A stretch of 64,000 nt of DNA from Eledone cirrhosa (lineage: Eukaryota), in assembly GCA_964016885.1 (NCBI GenBank), contig OZ024741.1:35650001-35714000 (forward strand). The letters are read 5' to 3'. Below, piece by piece: positions 1-16,099 of the stretch (within the stretch, counting starts at the first letter, position 1; each line of letters begins with the position of its first letter). The position numbers and the translations under genes are program-made. The notes under the pieces were generated by a model. It had not been told where the DNA came from and ran no database searches. It saw only the letters and a program-made list of their open reading frames with translations.

Positions 1-3000
1 ACAGTGACATTATACAGTACTGTCTATATACTATACATACAGTGACATTATACAGTACAGTCTATATACTATACATACAGTGACATTATACAGTACAGTC
101 TATATACTATACATAGTGACATTATACAGTACAGTCTATATACTATACACAGAGACATTATACAGTACAGTATATATACTATACATACAGTGACATTATA
201 CAGTAGTCTATATACTATACATACAGTGGCATTATACAGTACAGTCTATATACTATAGATACGGTAACATTATACAGTACAGTCTATATACTATACATAC
301 AGTGACATTATACAGTACAGTCTATATACTATATATACAGTGACATTATACAGTACAGTCTATATACTATACATACAGTGACATTATACAGTACAGTCTA
401 TATACTATAAATACAGTGACATTATACAGTACAGTATATATACTATACATACAGTGACATTATACAGTACAGTCTATATACTATACATACAGTGACATTA
501 TACAGTACAATCTATATACTATATATACAGTGACATTATACAGTACAGTCTATATACTATACATACAGTGACATTATACAGTACAGTCTATATACTATAC
601 ATACAGTGACATTATACAGTACAGTCTATATACTATACATACAGTGACATTATACAGTACAGTCTATATACTATACATACAGTGACATTATACAGTACAG
701 TCTATATACTATACATACAGTGACATTATACAGTACAGTCTATATACTATACATACAGTGACATTATACAGTACAGTCTATATACTATACATACAGTGAC
801 ATTATACAGTACAGTCTATATACTATACATACAGTGACATTATACAGTACAGTCTATATACTATACATACAGTGACATTATACAGTACAGTCTATATACT
901 ATACATAGTGACATTATACAGTGCAGTCTATATACTATATATACAGTGACATTATACAGTACAGTCTATATACTATACATAGTGACATTATACTATACAG
1001 TCTATATACTATAGATACAGTGACATTATACAGTACAGTCTATATACTATACATACAGTGACATTATACAGTACAGTCTATATACTATACATACAGTGAC
1101 ATTATACAGTACAGTCTATATACTATACATACAGTGACATTATACAGTACAGTCTATATACTATACATAGTGACATTATACAGTACAGTCTATATACTAT
1201 ACATACAGTGACATTATACAGTACAGTCTATATACTATACATACGGTGACATTATACAGTACAGACTATATACTATACATAGTGACATTATACAGTACAG
1301 TCTATATACTATATATACAGTGACATTATACAGTACAGTCTATATACTATACATACAGTGACATTATACAGTACAGTCTATATACTATACATACAGTGAT
1401 ATTATACAGTACAGTCTATATACTATACATAGTGACATTATACAGTACAGTCTATATACTATATATACAGTGACATTATACAGTACAGTCTATATACTAT
1501 ACATACAGAGACATTATACAGTACAGTCTATATACTATACATAGTGACATTATACAGTACAGTCTATATACTATATATACAGTGACATTATACAGTACAG
1601 TCTATATACTATACATACAGTGACATTATACAGTACAGTCTATATACTATAGATACAGTGACATTATACAGTACAGTCTATATACTATACATACAGTGAC
1701 ATTATACAGTACAGTCTATATACTATACATACAGTGACATTATACAGTACAGTCTATATACTATACATAGTGACATTATACAGTACAGTCTATATACTAT
1801 ACATACAGTGACATTATACAGTACAGTCTATATACTATAGATACAGTGACATTATACAGTACAGTCTATATACTATACATACAGTGACATTATACAGTAC
1901 AGTCAATATACTATACATAGTGACATTATACAGTACAGTCTATATACTATATATACAGTGACATTATCCAGTACAGTCTATATACTATACATACTGTGAC
2001 ATTATACAGTACAGTCTATATACTATAGATACTGTGACATTATACAGTACAGTCTATATACTATACATACAGTGACATTATACAGTACAGTCTATATACT
2101 ATGCATAGTGACATTATACAGTACAGTCTATATACTATACATACAGTGACATTATACAGTACAGTCTATATACTATACATAGTGACATTATACAGTACAC
2201 TCTATATACTATACATACAGTGACATTATACAATACAGTCTATATACTATACATACAGTGGCATTATACAGTACAGTCTATATACTATACATAGTGACAT
2301 TATACAGTACAGTCTATATACTATATATACAGTGACATTATACAGTACAGTCTATATACTATACATACAATGACATTATACATTACAGTCTATATACTAT
2401 ATATACAGTGACATTATACAGTACAGTCTATATACTATACATACAATGACATTATACAGTACAGTCTATATACTATACATACAGTGACATTATACAGTAC
2501 AGTCTATATACTATACATACAGTGACATTATACAGTACAGTCTATATACTATACATAGTGACATTATACAGTACAGTCTATATACTATATATACAGTGAC
2601 ATTATACAGTACAGTCTATATACTATACATACAGAGACATTATACAGTACAGTCTATATACTATACATACAGTGACATTATACAGTACAGTCTATATACT
2701 ATACATAGTGACATTATACAGTACAGTCTATATACTATACATAGAGTGACATTATACAGTACAGTCTATATACTATACATACGGTGACATTATACAGTAC
2801 AGTCTATATACTATACATAGTGACATTATACAGTACAGTCTATATACTATATATACAGTGACATTATACAATACAGTCTATATACTATACATAGTGACAT
2901 TATACAGTACAGTCTATATACTATACATACAGCGACATTATACAGTACAGTCTATATACTATACATACAGTGACATTATACAGTACAGTCTATATACTAT

Positions 3001-6000
3001 ACATACAGTGACATTATACAGTACAGTCTATATACTATACATAGTGACATTATACAGTACAGTCTATATACTATATATACAGTGAGATTATACAGTACAG
3101 TCTATATACTATAGATACAGTGACATTATACAGTACAGTCTATATACTATACATACAGTGACATTATACAGTACAGTCTATATACTATACATACAGTGAC
3201 ATTATACAGTACAGTCTATATACTATACATAGTGACATTATACAGTACAGTCTATATACTATACACAGAGACATTATACAGTACAGTATATATACTATAC
3301 ATACAGTGACATTATACAGTAGTCTATATACTATACATACAGTGGCATTATACAGTACAGTCTATATACTATAGATACGGTAACATTATACAGTACAGTC
3401 TATATACTATACATACAGTGACATTATACAGTACAGTCTATATACTATATATACAGTGACATTATACAGTACAGTCTATATACTATACATACAGTGACAT
3501 TATACAGTACAGTCTATATACTATACATACAATGACATTATACAGTACAGTCTATATACTATACATACAGTGACATTATACAGTACAGTCTATATACTAT
3601 ACATACAGTGACATTATACAGTACAGTCTATATACTATATATACAGTGACATTATCCAGTACAGTCTATATACTATACATACAGTGACATTATACAGTAC
3701 AGTCTATATACTATACATAGTGACATTATACAGTACAGTTTATATACTATATATACAGTGACATTATACAGTACAGTCTATATACTATACATACAGTGAC
3801 ATTATACAGTAGAGTCTATATACTATAGATACAGTGACATTATACAGTACAGTCTATATACTATACATACAGTGGCATTATACAGTACAGTCTATATACT
3901 ATATATACAGCGACATTATACAGTACAGTCTATATACTATACACACAGTGACATCATAGAGTACAGTCTATATACTATATATACAGTGACATTATACAGT
4001 ACAGTCTATATACTATACATACAGTGACATTATACAGTACAGTCTATATACTATAAATACAGTGACATTATACAGTACAGTATATATACTATACATACAG
4101 TGACATTATACAGTACAGTCTATATACTATACATACAGTGACATTATACAGTACAATCTATATACTATATATACAGTGACATTATACAGTACAGTCTATA
4201 TACTATATATACAGTGACATTATACAGTAGAGTCTATATACTATAGATACAGTGACATTATACAGTACAGTCTATATACTATACATACAGTGACATTATA
4301 CAGTACAGTCTATATACTATACATACAGTGACATTATACAGTACAGTCTATATACTATACATAGTGACATTATACAGTACAGTCTATATACTATATATAC
4401 AGTGACATTATACAGTACAGTCTATATACTATACATACAGAGACATTATACAGTACAGTCTATATACTATACATAGTGACATTATACAGTACAGTCTATA
4501 TACTATATATACAGTGACATTATACAGTACAGTCTATATACTATACATACAGTGACATTATACAGTACAGTCGATATACTATACACACAGTGACATTATA
4601 CAGTACAGTCTATATACTATACATAGTGACATTATACAGTACAGTTTATATACTATACATACAGTGACATTATACAGTACAGTCTATATACTATACATAC
4701 AGTGACATTATACAGTACAGTCTATATACTATATATACAGTGACATTATACAGTACAGTCTATATACTATACATACAGTGACATTATACAGTACAGTCTA
4801 TATACTATACATAGTGACATTATACAGTACAGTCTATATACTATACATACAGTGACATTATACAGTACAGTCTATATACTATACATACAGTAACATTATA
4901 CAGTACAGTCTATATACTATACATAGTGACATTATACAGTACAGTCTATATACTATATATACAGTGACATTATACAGTACAGTCTATATACTATACATAC
5001 AGTGACATTATACAGTACAGTCTATATACTATAGATACAGTGACATTATACAGTACTGTCTATATACTATACATACAGTGACATTATACAGTACAGTCTA
5101 TATACTATACATACAGTGACATTATACAGTACAGTCTATATACTATACATAGTGACATTATACAGTACAGTCTATATACTATACACAGAGACATTATACA
5201 GTACAGTATATATACTATACATACAGTGACATTATACAGTAGTCTATATACTATACATACAGTGGCATTATACAGTACAGTCTATATACTATAGATACGG
5301 TAACATTATACAGTACAGTCTATATACTATACATACAGTGACATTATACAGTACAGTCTATATACTATATATACAGTGACATTATACAGTACAGTCTATA
5401 TACTATACATACAGTGACATTATACAGTACAGTCTATATACTATAAATACAGTGACATTATACAGTACAGTATATATACTATACATACAGTGACATTATA
5501 CAGTACAGTCTATATACTATACATACAGTGACATTATACAGTACAATCTATATACTATATATACAGTGACATTATACAGTACAGTCTATATACTATACAT
5601 ACAGTGACATTATACAGTACAGTCTATATACTATACATACAGTGACATTATACAGTACAGTCTATATACTATACATACAGTGACATTATACAGTACAGTC
5701 TATATACTATACATACAGTGACATTATACAGTACAGTCTATATACTATACATACAGTGACATTATACAGTACAGTCTATATACTATACATACAGTGACAT
5801 TATACAGTACAGTCTATATACTATACATACAGTGACATTATACAGTACAGTCTATATACTATACATACAGTGACATTATACAGTACAGTCTATATACTAT
5901 ACATACAGTGACATTATACAGTACAGTCTATATACTATACATAGTGACATTATACAGTGCAGTCTATATACTATATATACAGTGACATTATACAGTACAG

Positions 6001-7480
6001 TCTATATACTATACATAGTGACATTATACAATACAGTCTATATACTATAGATACAGTGACATTATACAGTACAGTCTATATACTATACATACAGTGACAT
6101 TATACAGTACAGTCTATATACTATACATACAGTGACATTATACAGTACAGTCTATATACTATACATACAGTGACATTATACAGTACAGTCTATATACTAT
6201 ACATAGTGACATTATACAGTACAGTCTATATACTATACATACAGTGACATTATACAGTACAGTCTATATACTATACATACGGTGACATTATACAGTACAG
6301 ACTATATACTATACATAGTGACATTATACAGTACAGTCTATATACTATATATACAGTGACATTATACAGTACAGTCTATATACTATACATACAGTGACAT
6401 TATACAGTACAGTCTATATACTATACATACAGTGATATTATACAGTACAGTCTATATACTATACATAGTGACATTATACAGTACAGTCTATATACTATAT
6501 ATACAGTGACATTATACAGTACAGTCTATATACTATACATACAGAGACATTATACAGTACAGTCTATATACTATACATAGTGACATTATACAGTACAGTC
6601 TATATACTATATATACAGTGACATTATACAGTACAGTCTATATACTATACATACAGTGACATTATACAGTACAGTCTATATACTATAGATACAGTGACAT
6701 TATACAGTACAGTCTATATACTATACATACAGTGACATTATACAGTACAGTCTATATACTATACATACAGTGACATTATACAGTACAGTCTATATACTAT
6801 ACATAGTGACATTATACAGTAGTCTATATACTATACATACAGTGACATTATACAGTACAGTCTATATACTATAGATACAGTGACATTATACAGTACAGTC
6901 TATATACTATACATACAGTGACATTATACAGTACAGTCAATATACTATACATAGTGACATTATACAGTACAGTCTATATACTATATATACAGTGACATTA
7001 TCCAGTACAGTCTATATACTATACATACTGTGACATTATACAGTACAGTCTATATACTATAGATACTGTGACATTATACAGTACAGTCTATATACTATAC
7101 ATACAGTGACATTATACAGTACAGTCTATATACTATGCATAGTGACATTATACAGTACAGTCTATATACTATACATACAGTGACATTATACAGTACAGTC
7201 TATATACTATACATAGTGACATTATACAGTACACTCTATATACTATACATACAGTGACATTATACAATACAGTCTATATACTATACATACAGTGGCATTA
7301 TACAGTACAGTCTATATACTATACATAGTGACATTATACAGTACAGTCTATATACTATATATACAGTGACATTATACAGTACAGTCTATATACTATACAT
7401 ACAATGACATTATACATTACAGTCTATATACTATATATACAGTGACATTATACAGTACAGTCTATATACTATACATACAA
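1..7480. repeat. Duplicated ~2.45 kb block of monomer variants (1-~2450 and ~5037-~7480)
   Basis: Rare markers recur at +5036: GTACTGTC (T at 21/5057), AGAGAC (151/5187), GTGCAG (G at 923/5959), CAGACTA (1265/6301). They recur at +5034 after a 2-bp loss near 6821: ATGCAT (G at 2103/7137), CATTACAG (2381/7415). Confidence 0.9.
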
Positions 7481-10400
7481 TGACATTATACATTACAGTC
7501 TATATACTATATATACAGTGACATTATACAGTACAGTCTATATACTATATATACAGTGACATTATACAGTAGTCTATATACTATAGATACAGTCACATTA
7601 TACAGTACAGTCTATATATTATAGATACAGTGACATTATACAATACAGTCTATATACTATACATACAGTGGCATTATACAGTTCAGTCTATATACTATAC
7701 ATACAGTGACATTATACAATACAGTCTATATACTATACATACAGTGGCATTATACAGTACAGTCTATATACTATATATACAGTGACATTATACAGTACAG
7801 TCTATATACTATACATACAGTCACATTATACAGTACAGTCTATATACTATATATACAGTGACATTATACAGTACAGTCTATATACTATATATACAGTGAC
7901 ATTATACAGTACAGTATATATACTATACATACAGTGACATTATACAGTACAGTCTATATACTATACATACAATGACATTATACAGTACAGTCTATATACT
8001 ATACATACAGTGACATTATACAGTACAGTCTATATACTATACATAGTGACATTATACAGTACAGTCTATATACTATACATACAGCGACATTATACAGTAC
8101 AGTCTATATACTATACATGCAGTGACATTATACAGTACAGTCTATATACTATACATAGTGACATTATACAGTACAGTCTATATACTATATATACAGTGAC
8201 ATTATACAGTACAGTCTATATACTATACATAGTGACATTATACAGTACAGTCTATATACTATATATACAGTGACATTATACAGTACAGTCTATATACTAT
8301 ACATACAGTGACATTATACAGTACAGTCTATATACTATACATACAGTGACATTATACAGTACAGTCTATATACTATACATACAGTGACATTATACAGTAC
8401 AGTCTATATACTATACATACAGTGACATTATACAGTACAGCCTATATACTATACATACAGTGACATTATACAGTACAGTCTATATACTATATATACAGTG
8501 ACATTATACAGTACAGTCTATATACTCTACATACAGTGACATTATACAGTACAGTCTATATACTATACATACAGTGACATTATACAGTACAGTCTATATA
8601 CTATACATACAGTGACGTTATACAGTACAGTCTATATACTATATATACAGTGACATTATACAGTACAGTCTATATACTATACATACAGTGACATTATACA
8701 GTACAGTCTATATACTATATATACAGTGACATTATACAGTACAGTCTATATACTATACATACAGTGACATTATACAGTACAGTCTATATACTATACATAC
8801 AGTGACATTATACAGTACAGTCTATATACTATATATACAGTGACATTATACAGTACAGTCTATATTCTATACATAGTGACATTATACAGTACAGTCTATA
8901 TACTATATATACAGTGACATTATACAGTACAGTCTATATACTATATATACAGTGACATTATACAGTACAGTCTATATACTATACATACAGTGACATTATA
9001 CAGTCTATATACTATATACTATAGATACAGTGACAATATACAGTACAGTCTATATACTATACATATAGTGACATTATACAGTACAGTCTATATACTATAT
9101 ATACAGTGACATTATCCAGTACAGTCTATATACTATACATACAGTGACATTATACAGTACAGTCTATATACTATAGATACAGTGACATTATACAGTACAG
9201 TCTATATACTATACATACAGTGACATTATACAGTACAGTCTATATACTATACATAGTGACATTATACAGTACAGTCTATATACTATACATACAGTGACAT
9301 TATACAGTACAGTCTATATACTATACATACAGTGACATTATATAGTACAGTCTATATACTATACATAGTGACATTATACAGTACAGTCTATATACTATAC
9401 ATAGTGACATTATACAGTACAGTCTATATACTATACATACAGTGACATTATACAGTACAGTCTATATACTATACATACAGTGACATTATACAGAACAGTC
9501 TATATACTATACATAGTGACATTATACAGTACAGTCTATATACTATACATACAGTGACATTATACAGTACAGTCTATATATTATAGATACAGTGACATTA
9601 TACAGTACAGTCTAAATACTATAGATACAGTGACATTATACAGTACAGTCAATATACTATACATACAGTGACATTATACAGTACAGTCTATATACTATAG
9701 ATACAGTGACAATATACAGTACAGTCTATATACTATACATACAGTGACATTATACAGTACAGTCTATATACTATACATAGAGTGACATTATACAGTACAG
9801 ACTATATACTATATATACAGTGACATTATACAGTACAGTCTATATACTATACATACAGTGACATTATACAGTACAGTCTATATACTATAGATACAGTGAC
9901 ATTATACAGTACAGTCTATATACTATACATAGTGACATTATACAATACAGTCTATATACTATATTTATACAGTGACATTATACAGTACAGTCTATATACT
10001 ATACATACAGTGACATTATACAGTACAGTCTATATACTATATATACAGTGACATTATCCAGTACAGTCTATATACTATACATACTGTGACATTATACAGT
10101 ACAGTCTATATACTATAGATACAGTGACATTATACAGTACAGTCTATATACTATACATACAGTGACATTATACAGTACAGTCTATATACTATACATAGTG
10201 ACATTATACAGTACAGTCTATATACTGTACATACAGTGACATTATACAGTACAGTCTATATACTATACATAGTGACATTATACAGTACAGTCTATATACT
10301 ATACATAGTGACATCATACAGTACAGTCTATATACTATATATACAGTGACATTATACAGTACAGTCTATATACTATACTTACAATGACATTATACAGTAC

Positions 10401-13400
10401 AGTCTATATACTATATATACAGTGACATTATACAGTACAGTCTATATACTATACATACAGTGCCATTATACAGTACAGTCTATATACTATACATACAGTG
10501 ACATTATACAGTAGTCTATATACTATAGATACAGTGACATTATACAGTACAGTCTATATACTATAGATACAGTGACATTATACAATACAGTCTATATACT
10601 ATACATACAGTGGCATTATACAGTACAGTCTATATACTATACATACAGTGACATTATACAGTACAGTCTATATACTATACATACAGTGACATTATACAAT
10701 ACAGTCTATATACTATACATACAGTGGCATTATACAGTACAGTCTATATACTATATATACAGTGACATTATACAGTACAGTCTATATACTATACATACAG
10801 TGACATTATACAGTACAGTCTATATACTATACATACAGTGATATTATACATTACAGTATATATACTATATATACAGTGACATTATACCGTACAGTCTATA
10901 TACTATACATACAGTGACATTATACAGTACAGTCTATATACTATACATACAATGACATTATACAGTACAGTCTATATGCTATACATACAGCGACATTATA
11001 CAGTACAGTCTATATACTATACATACAGTGACATTATACAGTACAGTCTATATACTATATATACAGTGACATTATACAGTACAGTCTATATACTATACAT
11101 ACAGTGACATTATACAGTACAGTCTATATACTATATATACAGTGACATTATACAGTACAGCCTATATACTATACATACAGTGACATTATACAGTACAGTC
11201 TATATACTATACATACAGCGACATTATACAATACAGTCTATATACTATACATACAGTGACATTATACAGTACAGTCTATATACTATACATAGTGACATTA
11301 TACAGTACAGTCTATATACTATACATACAGTGACATTATACAGTAGTCTATATACTATACATACAGTGGCATTATACAGTACAGTCTATATACTATAGAT
11401 ACAGTGACATTATGCAGTACAGTCTATATACTATACATACAGTGACATTATACAGTACAGTCTATATACTATACATACAGTGACATTATACAGTACAGTC
11501 TATATACTATACATAGTGACATTATACAGTACAGTCTATATACTATACATACAGTGACATTATACAGTACAGTCTATATACTATATATACAGTGACATTA
11601 TACAGTACAGTCTATATACTATACATACAGTGACATTATACAGTACAGTCTATATACTATACATACAATGACATTATACAGTACAGTCTGTATACTATAC
11701 ATACAGTGACATTATACAGTACAGTCTATATACTATACATACAGTGGCATTATACAGTACAGTCTATATACTATACATACAGCGACATTATACAGTACAG
11801 TCTATATACTATACATACAGTGACATTATACAGTACAGTCTATATACTATATATACAGTGACATTATACAGTACAGTATATATACTATATATAGAGTGAC
11901 ATTATACAGTACAGTCTATATACTATACATACAGTGACATTATACAGTACAGTCTATATGCTATACATACAGTGACATTATACAGTACAGTCTATATACT
12001 ATACATACAGTGACATTATACAGTACAGTCTATATACTATACATACAGAGACATTATACAGTACAGTCTATATACTATACATAGTGACATTATACAGTAC
12101 AGTCTATATACTATATATACAGTGACATTATACAGTACAGTCTATATACTATACATACAGTGACATTATACAGTACAGTCTATATACTATACATACAGTG
12201 ACATTATACAGTACAGTCTATATACTATACATAGTGACATTATACAGTAGAGTTTATATACTATACATACAGTGACATTATACAGTACAGTCTATATACT
12301 ATACATACAGTGACATTATACAGTACAGTCTATATACTATATATACAGTGACATTATACAGTACAGTCTATATACTATACATACAGTGACATTATACAGT
12401 ACAGTCTATATACTATACATAGTGACATTATACAGTACAGTCTATATACTATACATACAGTGACATTATACAGTACAGTCAATATGCTATACATACGGTG
12501 ACATTATACAGTACAGTCTATATACTATACATAGTGACATTATACAGTACAGTCTATATACTATATATACAGTGACATTATACAGTACAGTCTATATACT
12601 ATACATACAGTGACATTATACAGTACAGTCTATCTACTATACATACAGTGACATTATACAGTACAGTCTATATATTATACATAGTGACATTATACAGTAC
12701 AGTCTATATACTATATATATAGTGACATTATACAGTACAGTCTATATACTATACATACAGAGACATTATACAGTACAGTCTATATACTATACATAGTGAC
12801 ATTATACAGTACAGTCTATATACTATATATACAGTGACATTATACAGTACAGTCTATATACTATACATACAGTGACATTATACAGTACAGTCTATATACT
12901 ATACATACAGTGACATTATACAGTACAGTCTATATACTATACATAGTGACATTATACAGTAGAGTTTATATACTATACATACAGTGACATTATACAGTAC
13001 AGTCTATATACTATACATAGTGACATTATACAGTACAGTCTATATACTATATATACAGTGACATTATACAGTACAGTCTATATACTATACATACAGTGAC
13101 ATTATACAGTACAGTCTATATACTATAGATACAGTGACATTATACAGTACAGTCTATATACTATACATACAGTGACATTATACAGTACAGTCTATATACT
13201 ATAGACACAGCGACATTATACAGTACAGTCTATATACTATACATACAGTGACATTATACAGTACAGTCTATATACTATACATACAGTGACATTATACAGT
13301 ACAGGCTATATACTATACATAGTGACATTATACAGTACAGTCTATATACTATACATACAGTGACATTATACAGTACAGTCTATATACTATACATACAGTG

Positions 13401-16099
13401 ACATTATACAGTACAGTCTATATACTATATATACAGTGACATTATACAGTACAGTCTATATACTATACATACAGTGACATTATACAGTACAGTCTATATA
13501 CTATACATAGTGACATTATACAGTACAGTCTATATACTATACATACAGTGACATTATACAGTACAGTCTATATACTATACATACAGTGACATTATACAGT
13601 ACAGTCTATATACTATACATAGTGACATTATACAGTACAGTCTATATACTATATATACAGTGACATTATACAGTACAGTCTATATACTATACATACAGTG
13701 ACATTATACAGTACAGTCTATATACTATAGATACAGTGACATTATACAGTACAGTCTATATACTATACATACAGTGACATTATACAGTACAGTCTATATA
13801 CTATAGACACAGCGACATTATACAGTACAGTCTATATACTATACATACAGTGACATTATACAGTACAGTCTATATACTATACATACAGTGACATTATATA
13901 GTACAGGCTATATACTATACATAGTGACATTATACAGTACAGTCTATATACTATACATACAGTGACATTATACAGTACAGTCTATATACTATACATACAG
14001 TGACATTATACAGTACAGTCTATATACTATACATAGTGACATTATACAGTACAGTCTATATACTATACATACAGTGACATTATACAGTACAGTCTATATA
14101 CTATAGATACAGTGACATTATACAGTACAGTCTATATACTATACATACAGTGACATTATACAGTACAGTCTATATACTATACATACAGTGACATTATACA
14201 GTACAGTCTATATACTATACATAGTGACATTATACAGTACAGTCTATATACTATACATACAGTGACATTATACAGTACAGTCTATATACTATATATACAG
14301 TGACATTATACAGTACAGTCTATATACTATATATACAGTGACATTATACAGTACAGTCTATATACTATACATACAATGACATTATACAGTACAGTCTATA
14401 TACTCTACATACAGTGACATTATACAGTACAGTCTATATACTATACATACAGTGGCATTATACAGTACAGTCTATATACTATACATACAGCGACATTATA
14501 CAGTACAGTCTATATACTATACATACAGTGACATTATACAGTACAGCCTATATACTATACATACAATGACATTATACAGTACAGTCTATATACTATACAT
14601 ACAGTGACATTATACAGTACAGTCTATATACTATACATAGTGACATTATACAGTACAGTCTATATACTATATATACAGTGACATTATACAGTACAGTCTA
14701 TATACTATACATAGTGACATTATACAATACAGTCTATATACTATAGATACAGTGACATTATACAGTACAGTCTATATACTATACATACAGTGACATTATA
14801 CAGTACAGTCTATATACTATACATACAGTGACATTATACAGTACAGTCTATATACTATACATACAGTGACATTATACAGTACAGTCTATATACTATACAT
14901 AGTGACATTATACAGTACAGTCTATATACTATACATACAGTGACATTATACAGTACAGTCTATATACTATACATACGGTGACATTATACAGTACAGTCTA
15001 TATACTATACATAGTGACATTATACAGTACAGTCTATATACTATATATACAGTGACATTATACAGTACAGTCTATATACTATACATACAGTGACATTATA
15101 CAGTACAGTCTATATACTATACATACAGTGACATTATACAGTACAGTCTATATATTATACATAGTGACATTATACAGTACAGTCTATATACTATATATAT
15201 AGTGACATTATACAGTACAGTCTATATACTATACATACAGAGACATTATACAGTACAGTCTATATACTATACATAGTGACATTATACAGTACAGTCTATA
15301 TACTATATATACAGTGACATTATACAGTACAGTCTATATACTATACATACAGTGACATTATACAGTACAGTCTATATACTATACATACAGTGACATTATA
15401 CAGTACAGTATATATACTATACATATTGACATTATACAGTAGAGTTTATATACTATACATACAGTGACATTATACAGTACAGTCTATATACTATACATAC
15501 AGTGACATTATACAGTACAGTCTATATACTATATATACAGTGACATTATACAGTACAGTCTATATACTATACATACAGTGACATTATACAGTACAGTCTA
15601 TATACTATACATAGTGACATTATACAGTACAGTCTATATACTATACATACAGTGACGTTATACAGTACAGTCTATATACTATACATACAGTGACATTATA
15701 CAGTACAGTCTATATACTATACATAGTGACATTATACAGTACAGTCTATATACTATATATACAGTGACATTATACAGTACAGTCTATATACTATACATAC
15801 AGTGACATTATACAGTACAGTCTATATACTATAGATACAGTGACATTATACAGTACAGTCTATATACTATACATACAGTGACATTATACAGTACAGTCTA
15901 TATACTATAGATACAGTGACATTATACAGTACAGTCTATATACTATACATACAGTGACATTATACAGTACAGTCTATATACTATACATAGTGACATTATA
16001 CAGTACAGTCTATATACTATACATACAGTGACATTATACAGTACAGTCTATATACTATAGATACAGTGACATTATACAGTACAGTCTATATACTATACA

